A DNA stretch of 62,772 bases, filler included. It is 5 parts of 5 records of this genome, joined end to end, with 100 filler letters (N's around TTAATTAATTAA, not from the genome) between each part and the next. Parts side by side here need not be neighbours in the genome. Positions count along the whole stretch, not along the records: positions 26,257 to 40,610 come from SRR20825010_715; positions 40,711 to 54,769 come from SRR20825010_726; 3 more parts are not named here. One strand, 5' to 3'. The position numbers and the translations under genes were made by a program. A model generated the notes under the pieces. The model was not told the DNA's origin. It did no database searches and was given only the letters and a program-made list of their open reading frames with translations. How positions within the stretch are numbered: position 1 is the first letter of the stretch; every line of letters starts with the position of its first letter. This document shows positions 39,422-50,001 of the stretch, piece after piece.

Positions 39422-40609
39422 TTATTCCCACTCAATGGTTGCAGGTGGCTTTGAGCTGATATCATAGACTACCCTATTAACGCCTTTAACGCGGTTTATT
39501 ATATGATTGCTTACTTCTTGTAAAAATTCATAAGGAAGGTTTACCCAGTCTGCGGTCATTCCATCGGTAGATTCTACGGCTCTTAAAGCAACTACTTTTT
39601 CGTAGGTTCTTTCATCGCCCATTACTCCAACACTATTTACAGGAAGTAAAATTGCGCCTGCTTGCCATACTTTATCGTAAAGATCCCATTTTTTAAGACC
39701 GTTTATAAAGATAGCGTCAACTTCTTGTAAGATACGAACTTTTTCAGCTGTAATATCGCCCAAAATCCGAATCGCCAAGCCTGGCCCTGGAAAAGGATGT
39801 CTGCCTAATAATTCTGGATCGATGCCCATTTCTTTTCCTACACGACGTACTTCATCTTTAAAAAGCATACGTAGTGGTTCTACAATTTTAAGCTTCATAA
39901 AGTCTGGTAATCCACCTACATTATGGTGACTTTTTATTGTCACCGAAGGGCCGTTTACCGAAACACTTTCTATAACATCTGGGTATATTGTGCCTTGTCC
40001 AAGCCAATCTACACCTGTTAATTGATGGGCTTCATCATCAAATACTTCAATAAAAGCATTCCCGATTGCTTTACGTTTTCTTTCAGGATCACTTTCACCT
40101 TTTAATGCTTTTAAAAAACGTTCCGAAGCATCAACGCCTTTAACGTTTAGCCCCATGTCTTTATATTGGTGAAGCACGCTTTCAAATTCATCTTTTCTAA
40201 GCAACCCATTGTTTACAAAAATGCAGTATAAATTATCTCCAATAGCTTTGTTTAAAAGAATTGCAGCCACTGTAGAATCTACACCGCCACTTAAGCCAAG
40301 TACAACTTTTCCATCGCCAATTTGCTCTTTTAAAGTGGCTACAGTTGTATCTACAAAAGCAGCAGGAGTCCAAGATTGTTCAACGCCAGAAATGTTTACA
40401 AGAAAATTCTCTAACAACTGTTTTCCGTGCGTTGTATGATAAACTTCTGGGTGAAATTGAATTGCGTAGGTTTCTTCGCCTTCAACTCTATATGCAGCAT
40501 TTAGCACATCTACGGTACTTGCCAAACGAACTCCATTGGTTGGGAGTTCTGCAATAGTATCACTATGGCTCATCCAAACATTTGTGTTTTCTGGAATATC
40601 TTTAAAGAA
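39422..40609 (-). CDS. guaA: GMP synthase (5' truncated at contig end)
   Basis: [39 protein letters not shown]. Confidence 0.97.
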   Translation of the reverse strand, partial: FFKDIPENTNVWMSHSDTIAELPTNGVRLASTVDVLNAAYRVEGEETYAIQFHPEVYHTTHGKQLLENFLVNISGVEQSWTPAAFVDTTVATLKEQIGDGKVVLGLSGGVDSTVAAILLNKAIGDNLYCIFVNNGLLRKDEFESVLHQYKDMGLNVKGVDASERFLKALKGESDPERKRKAIGNAFIEVFDDEAHQLTGVDWLGQGTIYPDVIESVSVNGPSVTIKSHHNVGGLPDFMKLKIVEPLRMLFKDEVRRVGKEMGIDPELLGRHPFPGPGLAIRILGDITAEKVRILQEVDAIFINGLKKWDLYDKVWQAGAILLPVNSVGVMGDERTYEKVVALRAVESTDGMTADWVNLPYEFLQEVSNHIINRVKGVNRVVYDISSKPPATIEWE

Positions 40610-40610
40610 A

Positions 40611-40710
40611 NNNNNNNNNNNNNNNNNNNNNNNNNNNNNNNNNNNNNNNNNNNNTTAATTAATTAANNNNNNNNNNNNNNNNNNNNNNNNNNNNNNNNNN
40701 NNNNNNNNNN
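40611..40710. other. Artificial contig spacer
   Basis: Same N/TTAATTAATTAA/N structure. Confidence 0.97.
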
Positions 40711-40767
40711 CTAGGACACCGCCCTTTCACGGCGGTAACACCGGTTCGAATCCGGTTGGGGATGCCA
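40711..40767 (+). tRNA. tRNA-Glu(TTC), 5' end truncated by contig start
   Basis: AGGACACCGCCCTTTCACGGCGGTAAC anticodon arm, GGTTCGAATCC T-arm, ends GCCA. Confidence 0.93.
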
Positions 40768-40778
40768 AATACGGCACT

Positions 40779-40815
40779 AAACGCTTCTCGCCCACAGGGT
40801 CAGAAGCGTTTTTTT
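40779..40815 (+). terminator. Intrinsic terminator after tRNA-Glu
   Basis: aaacgcttct...agaagcgttt stem followed by a T-run. Confidence 0.8.
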
Positions 40816-40911
40816 ATTTTCGGCCTTCCAATGTATTTCCTCGAAGTATTTGTTATGCACCGACATTTTGTGTGTAGCATTCCATTGACGGCTTTTACTT
40901 TCGGTTGCCCC

Positions 40912-41118
40912 ATGAATTATTCCTTGAACAAATCCCTTGCAGTGTTTCCCATGTTGCTGGCAGCCACATTGCTGCAGGGCTGCGCAGTGGTCAGTGCAAC
41001 TGCAGGCGCTGCCATTTCAATCACAGGCGCAGTGGTGTCGACTGGCATCAAGGTAACGGGTGCTGTAGTAGAGGCGGGCATTGATGCTGTTAGTGACGAC
41101 GATGAGATCGACGACTAA
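40912..41118 (+). CDS. Small putative lipoprotein
   Basis: Lipobox LQGC, then an Ala/Val/Gly/Thr-rich helix and acidic tail. Start placed at ATG 40912. Confidence 0.72.
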   Translation: MNYSLNKSLAVFPMLLAATLLQGCAVVSATAGAAISITGAVVSTGIKVTGAVVEAGIDAVSDDDEIDD

Positions 41119-41217
41119 GCACAGCCAGCTCGAACTTCTTGCCCCTTGGTGGGTCTTTATACATGCACTTCCTTCCGTGTTAATCTTCCTCGTCGCAGCT
41201 GTAGTGGGGCTCCTGGC

Positions 41218-42297
41218 TTGATCAAGCGAATTGTTTATCTGTTCATCGTTGTTTTTGTGTTGGGCGCGGCTTACGCAGTTTCGCAAACCATGCTGAACGG
41301 CTCGTCTTCCGATGTACCCAAACCTGGTAGCAAAGGGGGCGCCCCCAAAGTGCTGGTTCAGGCCGTTCAATTGAAGTCGACCGCGGGTTCCTTCCGCGCC
41401 ATTGCAACAGCTTGGGCCGAGAAGTCGGCTGAGGTGTATGCAGTGGTCGATGAAAAAGTGACCCAGGTGTATTTCCGCCCCCAGCAAAAGGTCAAGCGCG
41501 GGGAGTTGCTGATTCAACAAGACGACCGGGAAGAACAGTTGGCGCTGCGCTTGGCGCAAGTGCAATTGCGCAATACCAAAAGCCTGCTCGACCGTTACAA
41601 GCAGGCGGTGGGCAAGGGGGCCGTGCCGCAAACCCAGGTTGATTCGGCGCAAGCCGATTACGAAGCCGCTCAGGTGGCAGTGGATCAAGCCCGGCTGGCC
41701 ATTTCCAATCATCAAATACGCGCACCCTTTGCTGGCGTTGTGGGCATCACCGACATCGACCCAGGGCAGCGGGTTGGTCCGGGCGTGTTGATCACGGGTG
41801 TGGATTCCCGCGAAATTATTTACATCGATTTTGAGGTGCCAGAGGCCATTGTGGGGCAGCTTGATCCAGCGGCGATGGCGCGAATTCAGGTCAAGGCATC
41901 TACCCCTGCCGTGGGCGGCAAAATTTTCGATGCACAGGTTGTTGCACTCGATAGTCGACTGAATGCCGAGAAACGAACATTGCGGGTGCGTGCCAACATC
42001 AAGAATACTGACGACCTGCTGCGCCCCGGTATGTCATTTGCGGTACTCATGGGCGTGCAAGGGCGCGACGTGCCAGCGGTTCCCGAGATCGCCTTGCAAT
42101 GGGATCGTGAAGGCTCATATGTCTGGATGGTGCGCGAAGGCAAAGCCGAACGCGAGAATGTTCGTGTTGTCGACCGGCGTGATGGCATGGTTTTTCTTGA
42201 TGGCAAGATGTTCAAAGATGAAATGATTGTGGTGGAAGGCGGTTTGCGTTTGTCGCAAGGCGTTGCGGTTGAGTTGGTCGAGGATCCGTTGAAATGA
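41218..42297 (+). CDS. RND efflux periplasmic adaptor (MFP)
   Basis: N-terminal TM, VKRGELL, IRAPFAGVVG, LLRPGM, VPEIAL. Start uncertain (TTG 41218 or 41146). Confidence 0.9.
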   Translation: MIKRIVYLFIVVFVLGAAYAVSQTMLNGSSSDVPKPGSKGGAPKVLVQAVQLKSTAGSFRAIATAWAEKSAEVYAVVDEKVTQVYFRPQQKVKRGELLIQQDDREEQLALRLAQVQLRNTKSLLDRYKQAVGKGAVPQTQVDSAQADYEAAQVAVDQARLAISNHQIRAPFAGVVGITDIDPGQRVGPGVLITGVDSREIIYIDFEVPEAIVGQLDPAAMARIQVKASTPAVGGKIFDAQVVALDSRLNAEKRTLRVRANIKNTDDLLRPGMSFAVLMGVQGRDVPAVPEIALQWDREGSYVWMVREGKAERENVRVVDRRDGMVFLDGKMFKDEMIVVEGGLRLSQGVAVELVEDPLK

Positions 42298-45200
42298 GCA
42301 GTGCCAGCGAGGGCCTTGCCGCACTGGGTCTTCGTCGCCCGGTCTTGATCGTGGTGTTGAACCTGTTGATCATGCTTGCAGGCATTGTCAGCATGTTTGG
42401 CGTAGAGGTGCGTGAACTTCCTGACATTGATCGCCCTGTTGTGCTGGTGCGTGCGGTGTATCAGGGTGCATCGCCCACCACCATGGATGCAGAGGTAACT
42501 TCCAAAGTGGAAGGCGCTGTGGCCAGGGTGTCAGGTGTACTTCGAATCCAAAGCTCCAGCGAAGAAAACAATATGCGGATTCGCATGGAATTCTCGCCTG
42601 ACATCGATGTCAACGTGGCGGCCAATGATGTTCGCGAAGCCTTGGGACGCATTACCCCACAGTTGCCGCAAAACCTCGATCAACTGCTGGTCATCAAAGC
42701 AGATGACAATGCAAGGCCTGTGGTGCAGCTGGCGGTCTACAGCAACACTTTGTCTGTGCAGGACCTTGCAACGCGCGTGGAGCGCGATCTGGTGCCCGCC
42801 TTTGTGTCAATTGACGGCGTGGCCGATGTGTCTTTAAACGGCAATCAGCCCAAGGTGCTTAGGGTGTTGCTGGATCCGGCCAGTTTGTCCCGGTACGGCA
42901 TGGTGGTTACCGATGTATTAAGCAGCCTTGAAACCATGAATCTGGATGTGCCTGCAGGCAGTTATCTTTCAGGTGGGCAGGAACTGTTGGTGCGTGCCAA
43001 TGCGTCGACTGTTGACACAGAAAGCATCAAGGCAATCCCGATCAAAAACGGTGTTCGCATCCGCGATGTGGCCGATGTGTATTACGCACCGAAGTCCGCA
43101 GAATCCTATTCATTGTTGAATGGCCGCACCGTGGTCGGCATGGGTGTGCTGCGTCAGGCGGGTGGCAATACCATTGCAATTGCTGATCAGGTGGGGCAAC
43201 GGGTGGCGCAAATCAACGCCCAGTCACGGGATTTGCAAATCATCATGATTGCCGACGACTCGGTGTTCATCAAAGGTGCCTTGCAAGAAGTGCTGCTGAC
43301 TTTGGCAATTGCCGTGGCCGTGGTGCTGGTCGTCATTGCCTTGTTTTTGGGGCAATGGAAGGCGGTGCTTATTCCCGCTGTCACCATGCCGGTTTCACTG
43401 GTGGGCACCCTGGCAGCCATCTGGCTTGCGGGTTTTTCAGTGAACATGCTGACCTTGCTGGCGCTGGTGTTGGCAACTGGCTTGATCGTCGATGATGCGA
43501 TTGTGGTGCTGGAAAACATTCAACGCCGCCGAAAACTGGGCGAGTCAATCACCATTGCTTCAGTGTTGGGTACGCGGCAGGTTTTTTTCGCAGTGATCGC
43601 CACCACCGCTTCGCTGGTTGCAGTGTTCCTGCCCATTGCATTTTTGCCCGGTGAAACGGGTCGCCTGTTTCGGGAATTCGGCATGGTGCTTTCCATGGCG
43701 GTCATCATCAGTACCTTTGTGGCCCTTAGCCTGTGCCCCATGCTGGCTGCGCGTTTGTTGAAAGACGATGTTGAATTGACCGGGCGAACAGCACGGTTCA
43801 TGGGTGTTCTTCAGCAGTTTGGTACCTATGTCGCCACACATTACCTTCAATCGTTGAATGGTTTGCTGAAACACCGATTGATGTTTTTACTTGGGTTTCT
43901 TGGTATTGCACTGGCGGGTGGCCTTGCCTTCACCTTGCTGAATCAGGAACTGGTGCCTGCGGAAGACCGCGGGCGTTTGGTGGTTGATTTCACAGGGCCT
44001 GATGGTGCTTCACTGGAATACAGTGGTCGCCAGGGGCAGATCGCCGAGAAAATAATGCGCCCTTATCAGGAACAAGGTTTGATCACCGACCTGTTCACCA
44101 TCGTGGGTCGTTATGACAAAAACCGAGTCGCCATTCAGGCCAACCTTGCAGACTGGAGCCAACGCGACACCACGCAACAGGAATTGGCTGCAAAACTAAG
44201 CAAACCACTTTCAAGCATTCCCGGTGCGCAGGTGCGTTTTCAGAATGAAAGCAGTTTGAACATTCGCGGGGGCGGTGGTGGATTGCAAATCGCATTGCTG
44301 GGTGACGACTACGCTGTGTTGGCCAATGACGCCGATTTGCTGGCCGATGCCTTGATGAAAAAAGTCGATGTGATTCAGGACGTGCGTGTTCAATACGACA
44401 CATCTCAGCCTGAACTGGGTTTCGAAATTGATCGCGAGAAAGCGAACGATCTGCAAGTGCCGGTGAACCGCATCACCCAGACACTGCAAATTCTGGCCGA
44501 TGAATACCAGTTGCTTGATCTGAGTGTGGGGGACCAGTCCATTCCGGTCATGCTGGGCTCCAGCAAAGGCAGCCTGAATTCGCCACTTGATTTGTTGAAT
44601 GTGTATGTCAGCAGTGAAACAGGGCAGTTGGTGCCCTTGGCATCCATGATTGAAGTTCAGGAACGCGGCGTGGCCGCGGAACTTGATCGCCATGCACAGC
44701 GCAGGGCGGTTGAATTGAACATTGGTATTCCACCCGGTACTGATTTTGGCAGCACCATGCAAAGCATTCGCGCTGTTGCAGCCGATGTATTGCCTGAATC
44801 GTCAAACCTGATTTTTCTGGGTGAGGCCGCAACACTGGAGGAAACGTCGAATGAAATGTTGATCACTTTTGTGATTGCATTGGTGGTGGTTTTTTTGGTG
44901 CTGGCTGCGCAGTTCGAAAGCTTGGGCAGTGCGCTGGTGGTTATGTTCACGGTGCCCTTTGGTTTGGCTGCTGCGGTGTTTGCGCTGTTGTTAACGAACC
45001 AGTCCCTGAACCTGTTCAGCCAGATCGGTTTGGTGTTGCTGATTGGTTTGATGACCAAGAATGCAATTTTGTTGGTTGAAATCATGGACCAGTTGCGCGA
45101 CGAAGGCCATTCGATTGATTCAGCCATTCGCGAAGGTGCGCGTTTGCGCCTGCGGCCAATTGCAATGACCGTGCTGTCCACCCTGCTGGGAGTGGTTCCG

Positions 45201-45422
45201 CTGGTGTTGACTTCCGGGCCTGGTGCCGAGGCACGCGAGGCCATTGCATGGGTGGTGTTGGGGGGGCTGGGTTTGTCGACCCTGTTTACCTTGTACCTTG
45301 CGCCCATGGGCTATTCCTTTCTTGCCCCTTACATGAAGCCGCGTGCACATGCAGGCGAAATGCTTGAGAAAGAAATTGAGGCGCACGAGGCGGCCCTCAA
45401 GAAAGGGGAGGTGCAGGCATGA
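42294..45422 (+). CDS. RND efflux permease (AcrB/AcrD/AcrF family)
   Basis: RRPV, GLIVDDAIVVLENI, TKNAIL, RLRPIAMT. ATGA overlap with the MFP gene. Confidence 0.96.
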   Translation: MSSASEGLAALGLRRPVLIVVLNLLIMLAGIVSMFGVEVRELPDIDRPVVLVRAVYQGASPTTMDAEVTSKVEGAVARVSGVLRIQSSSEENNMRIRMEFSPDIDVNVAANDVREALGRITPQLPQNLDQLLVIKADDNARPVVQLAVYSNTLSVQDLATRVERDLVPAFVSIDGVADVSLNGNQPKVLRVLLDPASLSRYGMVVTDVLSSLETMNLDVPAGSYLSGGQELLVRANASTVDTESIKAIPIKNGVRIRDVADVYYAPKSAESYSLLNGRTVVGMGVLRQAGGNTIAIADQVGQRVAQINAQSRDLQIIMIADDSVFIKGALQEVLLTLAIAVAVVLVVIALFLGQWKAVLIPAVTMPVSLVGTLAAIWLAGFSVNMLTLLALVLATGLIVDDAIVVLENIQRRRKLGESITIASVLGTRQVFFAVIATTASLVAVFLPIAFLPGETGRLFREFGMVLSMAVIISTFVALSLCPMLAARLLKDDVELTGRTARFMGVLQQFGTYVATHYLQSLNGLLKHRLMFLLGFLGIALAGGLAFTLLNQELVPAEDRGRLVVDFTGPDGASLEYSGRQGQIAEKIMRPYQEQGLITDLFTIVGRYDKNRVAIQANLADWSQRDTTQQELAAKLSKPLSSIPGAQVRFQNESSLNIRGGGGGLQIALLGDDYAVLANDADLLADALMKKVDVIQDVRVQYDTSQPELGFEIDREKANDLQVPVNRITQTLQILADEYQLLDLSVGDQSIPVMLGSSKGSLNSPLDLLNVYVSSETGQLVPLASMIEVQERGVAAELDRHAQRRAVELNIGIPPGTDFGSTMQSIRAVAADVLPESSNLIFLGEAATLEETSNEMLITFVIALVVVFLVLAAQFESLGSALVVMFTVPFGLAAAVFALLLTNQSLNLFSQIGLVLLIGLMTKNAILLVEIMDQLRDEGHSIDSAIREGARLRLRPIAMTVLSTLLGVVPLVLTSGPGAEAREAIAWVVLGGLGLSTLFTLYLAPMGYSFLAPYMKPRAHAGEMLEKEIEAHEAALKKGEVQA

Positions 45423-46855
45423 TGCGCGCCTTGCCCGTTTTAGTGTTGGCCGGCCTGATGGTTGCGGGCTTGTCTGCTTGCGCAAGCAAAGCCCAAGACC
45501 TGCCGCAGATGCCCAACACACCGATTCCCGAGAAATTTGTGGCGCAAGATATTCTGGGCAAGCTGAGCAGCGTGAATGGCGCCGGGGTTGCAAGTGTTCG
45601 CTGGTGGGAAGGTTTTAATGACCCCATCCTCAACCAGCTTGTACAAAACAGCGTTGAAAACAATTTCCGGATTGTTTCGGCAGCAGCACGCGTCAGGGAA
45701 GCGCGGGCTTTGCTGGCTTTGAGCGAAGCAGGGGATTCCTTGTTGCTGGAACTGGATGCCGAGGTGAGTGGGCAAAAAACCGACCGGAACAGCGGCGCAA
45801 ACAACGTGGGCAGTAGCAACAACAATCGCGACGAGCGCCGTGCTTTGCTGGGTTTGGGTTTTACCTTGCCCATTGACCTGGCGGGCAGGGTAGACCAGCA
45901 AACACTGGCCGCTGCGGCTTCCCTGATGGCGGTTCAAGCGGAGCTGCGTTCGCAGATTATTTCCACCAGCACCACAGTGGCTCAGGAATACTTGCGCCTT
46001 CGCGGCAATCAGAAGCAGTTGGCCATGCTGCGCGATTCAGTGGTGCTGCAGGAAAAAACCTTGGGCATTGTGCAAGCCAGGTTCGAGAGTGGTTTGTCGC
46101 CCGAACTGGATGTGCGCCGTGCAGAAACTTCCGTGGAAAGTTTGCGTGCAGACATTGCACCATTGCAGCAGGCTTTGCAAGATTCCCGACATCGATTGGC
46201 CACTTTGGCGGGTCAGTTTCCCGGCGCTTATGAGCAATTGCTGAAACCTGAAGGCAGGCTGCCGCAATATGGTCTGAATATTCCAGAGCAGTTGCCTTTT
46301 CAGGTGGTGCAGGCCCGGCCTGATGTTCAAGTTGCGCAAGCACGTTTCGCCCAGGCCGCTGCTGAAGTGGGTGTGGCGCAGGCTGATTTTTACCCCACCC
46401 TTGAATTGATGGGAAGTATTCAGATCGGTAGCTCGGCAGTCAATTCAAACCCGGCCACCGGAATTTTGATTGCATCGCTTTCGGCCTTGTTGAACCAGGT
46501 GTTATACGATGGCGGTGCCCGCGATTCACGTCTGGATGCAGCACGCGCCCGTGCTGAAAGTGCGCTGGCCGATTATGGGCAAGTGTTGAGGGTGGTTACC
46601 CAGGACGTGGAAAATTCACTGACTGCAATTGATTCGTCTTCATCCAGACAGCTTGCGCTTGGCAAGGCTGTGGTGTCGAGCAAACGAAGTTTTGAGCAAG
46701 CCGATGCCTTGTACCAACTTGGCTTGGTAAGTTTTCTGGATGTGGTGGATGCACAGCGCGTTTATGCCAATGCAGAACAGGCTTTGGCCACGGAACAAAC
46801 CAACTACGCCACCTTGATTGCAGATTTGTTCCGAGCGCTGGGCATGCAGTCTTGA
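45419..46855 (+). CDS. Outer membrane efflux lipoprotein (NodT/TolC family)
   Basis: Lipobox LSAC, WWEGFNDPIL, RPDV, ADFYP, FLDVVDAQR. Confidence 0.93.
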   Translation: MMRALPVLVLAGLMVAGLSACASKAQDLPQMPNTPIPEKFVAQDILGKLSSVNGAGVASVRWWEGFNDPILNQLVQNSVENNFRIVSAAARVREARALLALSEAGDSLLLELDAEVSGQKTDRNSGANNVGSSNNNRDERRALLGLGFTLPIDLAGRVDQQTLAAAASLMAVQAELRSQIISTSTTVAQEYLRLRGNQKQLAMLRDSVVLQEKTLGIVQARFESGLSPELDVRRAETSVESLRADIAPLQQALQDSRHRLATLAGQFPGAYEQLLKPEGRLPQYGLNIPEQLPFQVVQARPDVQVAQARFAQAAAEVGVAQADFYPTLELMGSIQIGSSAVNSNPATGILIASLSALLNQVLYDGGARDSRLDAARARAESALADYGQVLRVVTQDVENSLTAIDSSSSRQLALGKAVVSSKRSFEQADALYQLGLVSFLDVVDAQRVYANAEQALATEQTNYATLIADLFRALGMQS

Positions 46856-48352
46856 CTAAAAACGTTCTGTAATCCCGATGCCAAAAAAATGGGTGTCCAG
46901 CTGCACATTGCCTTTGAAATTTCCACCGCGCACTTCAGGCGGGGAAATTTGGTCGTTGTTGCCCACAGGCGCAGGGTCGGTGTCCAGTTTTTGATAGGCA
47001 AAGTGAATGCTGGTGTCGCGGCTTAAATCAAACTGACCACCCAATGCAAAGTATTGCCTGTCGCTGTCTGGCAAAATCGTGATGCGGGTTTCGTCATCGA
47101 TCACGCTGTTTTCAATGGCGTAGCCAGCGCGCAAGGTCAGGCGTTTGTATAGCTTGTAGTTCATGCCAACGCGATACGATTCCGCCGCCACGAAGTTCTG
47201 GGGAATGTTCTCCAAAGTTCGACCATTGCTTTCACGCTGGAAATTCAAGGTGGTTACGGAAAAATCCTGACGGGTGTAGGTGGCCATCAAGTCCAGCTTT
47301 GGTGTGGCATGGTGGAACACCGACAAACGCAGTTCATCGGGCAAGGTAATTTCCTGCTTGATCACTTGTTCAGGTGCCAAGTCGGCCGCCGCCTGTTTGC
47401 CATCCACCCCCAGCGCACTGAACGCAAGGCTGTTGAAAAAACCGTCGCTACTCAGGAAATCACGAAATGCCGCTTGTTCGGGCGAATCGTCCAGTTTGAA
47501 TTTGCCGCGGTTGCCCGTGAATTCCGTTTTTGGTCGGTAAGACAGGCCCACCCGCGTGTTCTCGCTGGGTTCCCACAAGCCACCCAGTTGTGCATTGAAT
47601 GCCCAGCCAAACATGCGCAGGCCCGCATTGCTTTCGCCGGGTATCGGCGGGGCACCAATCAATGCACCAGCCGGGCTTTCAATCAGCGCAGCCGATCCGG
47701 GGGCTAAAGCCTCCACGGCTTCGCGATAATTCAGCTTCAGTTTGATTGACTGAAAGTAACGTTCATACGAGCCATTCAAACCCCACGACAAAGTTGGGCT
47801 TAGCTTGTAACCAAAGCCCAGGTTCAGTCGGGTTACCTTGAAATCAATGTCGCGGCCCTGATTTCGACCGGGAAAATTTTCATCGTAGTGAATCACAAGG
47901 CCGTGCGAAGCCGACGCACCAAAACCCATCACCAGCTTTTCATTGATGGGAATCGCAATGAACAGGTTGGGTGCCAGTGCCGCCGCATCGTATCCGTCTT
48001 TCCGGCTGAATACTTGCCCGTTTTGCCCCTGCGGTGCGCCAGATTCGGCGCCATCGTTGTTCTGGGTTGATGTGTAATCAGTGCCGATTGTAATAACCGC
48101 TGCACCTTGCGTTAGTTCTGCCCGTTTGAAACGCGTTAAGGCTGCCGGGTTGGCAAACAGCACGGAGGCATCACCAGCTTCAGCGGCTTGACCCGCTGAT
48201 GCGGTTCCCATGGCACTGATGCTGGTGGCATCAAACGCTGTGCCACCGGCATACGCAGTTGGGGCAGAAAAGCCCAGGAAAAGGGCTGGTGCGATTCGCG
48301 TCAATGGTGCCAATCGGCAAAAGGGAATCGTTCTTCGGGCGGAAGAAAGCAT
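46856..48352 (-). CDS. fadL: OmpP1/FadL long-chain fatty acid outer-membrane transporter
   Basis: MGTASAG...DASVLFANPA hatch motif, TLRAG, LPDSDR, C-terminal Phe. Confidence 0.85.
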   Translation of the reverse strand: MLSSARRTIPFCRLAPLTRIAPALFLGFSAPTAYAGGTAFDATSISAMGTASAGQAAEAGDASVLFANPAALTRFKRAELTQGAAVITIGTDYTSTQNNDGAESGAPQGQNGQVFSRKDGYDAAALAPNLFIAIPINEKLVMGFGASASHGLVIHYDENFPGRNQGRDIDFKVTRLNLGFGYKLSPTLSWGLNGSYERYFQSIKLKLNYREAVEALAPGSAALIESPAGALIGAPPIPGESNAGLRMFGWAFNAQLGGLWEPSENTRVGLSYRPKTEFTGNRGKFKLDDSPEQAAFRDFLSSDGFFNSLAFSALGVDGKQAAADLAPEQVIKQEITLPDELRLSVFHHATPKLDLMATYTRQDFSVTTLNFQRESNGRTLENIPQNFVAAESYRVGMNYKLYKRLTLRAGYAIENSVIDDETRITILPDSDRQYFALGGQFDLSRDTSIHFAYQKLDTDPAPVGNNDQISPPEVRGGNFKGNVQLDTHFFGIGITERF

Positions 48353-48627
48353 TGATTTGTCTCCGGTATTTTTAGCAGTTCACTCGCCGGGCTGGGTAAC
48401 CTGAAGTAGTGACTTTTATGTAGTCATTTCAGTGTATCACCGGGTAAGAAAAATGTTACTTTGAAGTATTGAAGTAGATGAGAGGCTCTAATACAGCCTC
48501 AAGTGATTGAATCTTTACTGATTTTGTGACACTCACCATCAAAGGGGTTAGTCCTTTTATGCGCTTGTGTTTCCGCAGGGAATTGTCGTTAATGGCTGTA
48601 AGGGTTTTTCTATACAGGTAGGGTGGG

Positions 48628-49161
48628 GTGATGCGTGTTTCATATACAAAATGGCTGGTGTTTTTTGCCGCAGCGTTCTATTCCCTTACCCAGGTTGTTC
48701 ATGCCGACAATTCATTGAGCCTGAAAACAAGCAAGGTGCTCGGCAAGGTGCGTGTTGAGGCAAAAGCCCCCAAAGCATATTCCATAAAAAATGAAAGTCT
48801 GCTGGGTAAGGTGGGGTTGTTTCGCGGCGTGAATGTGGACGTTGCAGAGGTGTCGATTCCATCGGAAAGTAGATTCAGCATTAATCTGGATGAATCCGAT
48901 GAGCGTGCAACTTCGATGATCAACACGGTGTACGGTGGCTTGCAAATTTCTTTGCAGGAAAATTTGAGCCTGGTGTACGCGCCGGGAAAATTGTCCAGTC
49001 ACACCTTGAACGGAGAAAGTCAGGGTGTGTATTTGTTAAGCAACCGTGGCGGACCAGCCAACTGGTACATGGGTATTGAGTCCAATGTGTATTCGATTGC
49101 GGCTGATTCGCGCCGAACCTCAAACAGTGCCCAGTTTGGCGTGATCATGAACCTGGATTAA
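48628..49161 (+). CDS. Hypothetical exported protein
   Basis: Signal peptide ending VHA and amphipathic beta-strand-like C-terminal half. Confidence 0.65.
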   Translation: MMRVSYTKWLVFFAAAFYSLTQVVHADNSLSLKTSKVLGKVRVEAKAPKAYSIKNESLLGKVGLFRGVNVDVAEVSIPSESRFSINLDESDERATSMINTVYGGLQISLQENLSLVYAPGKLSSHTLNGESQGVYLLSNRGGPANWYMGIESNVYSIAADSRRTSNSAQFGVIMNLD

Positions 49162-49178
49162 AACGCGTTTGAAGTGCA

Positions 49179-49979
49179 TTAAACCGTTTCACCGTGTCGC
49201 CCCATGCCTTCCTTGAAGGCAGTTGCACCCTCAACGGTTTCGCCTGAACTGAGTGTGTTCAGGCCAAATTCAAATTCTTCTTCAAGCGCTTCGCGTTCGC
49301 CAAATTCCCATTGGGTCAACACGCTTTGCCTGTCATTGCGCATGCAGGTTTGTGGATGCTTGCTTAACAGGCTTGCCAATTCAATGGCGCCTTCCAGCGC
49401 ACTTCGATGTGTTTCAATTCGGTTGGCCAGCCCCCATGAAAATGCTTCATCGGCGTTGATCGCACGGCCCGTTAAAATCATGTCCATTGCACGGCTTTGA
49501 CCTATCAAACGTGGCAGGCGAACCGTTCCACCATCAATCAAAGGCACGCCAAAACGGCGACAAAACACACCAAATACCGCAGAGTTGTCGGCCACACGCA
49601 TGTCGCACCAAGCGGCAAGTTCCAGGCCACCAGCCACGCAATAGCCCGATACGGCTGCAATGACGGGTTTGCTCAATTCCATACGGCTAATGCCCATTGG
49701 GCCGGCACCATGGCGCTCCATTCGGTTAACGCGGCTTGGATCGCCCGATGCAACCGCTTTTAAATCAGCACCCGCACAAAAGTTTCCACCTTCGCCCGTC
49801 AAAACGGCCACCCGTGCTGTTGCATCTGTTTCAAATGCCATAAATGCTTTTTCAAGCTGGTCAGCCGTGTAACGGTCGACACAATTGCGGGCCTGCGGTC
49901 GATTGATGGAAATTTTCCAGATCTCGCCTTGTTGTAATATCTCGGTATTGACGGGTTCTTCTGTTGCGTTGTCCATCAT
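49179..49979 (-). CDS. Crotonase / enoyl-CoA hydratase family protein
   Basis: INRPQARNCVD, FCAGADL, AGGLELA, FCRRFGVPLIDGG. True start about 49979, not 50276. Confidence 0.92.
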   Translation of the reverse strand: MMDNATEEPVNTEILQQGEIWKISINRPQARNCVDRYTADQLEKAFMAFETDATARVAVLTGEGGNFCAGADLKAVASGDPSRVNRMERHGAGPMGISRMELSKPVIAAVSGYCVAGGLELAAWCDMRVADNSAVFGVFCRRFGVPLIDGGTVRLPRLIGQSRAMDMILTGRAINADEAFSWGLANRIETHRSALEGAIELASLLSKHPQTCMRNDRQSVLTQWEFGEREALEEEFEFGLNTLSSGETVEGATAFKEGMGRHGETV

Positions 49980-50001
49980 GCGCCCTTTGTTAGATTTTGA
50001 A

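Noticed and set aside
40711..46855. Genomic island integrated at tRNA-Glu
   Set aside because: No integrase and no duplicated tRNA 3' end found, and composition resembles the rest of the contig.
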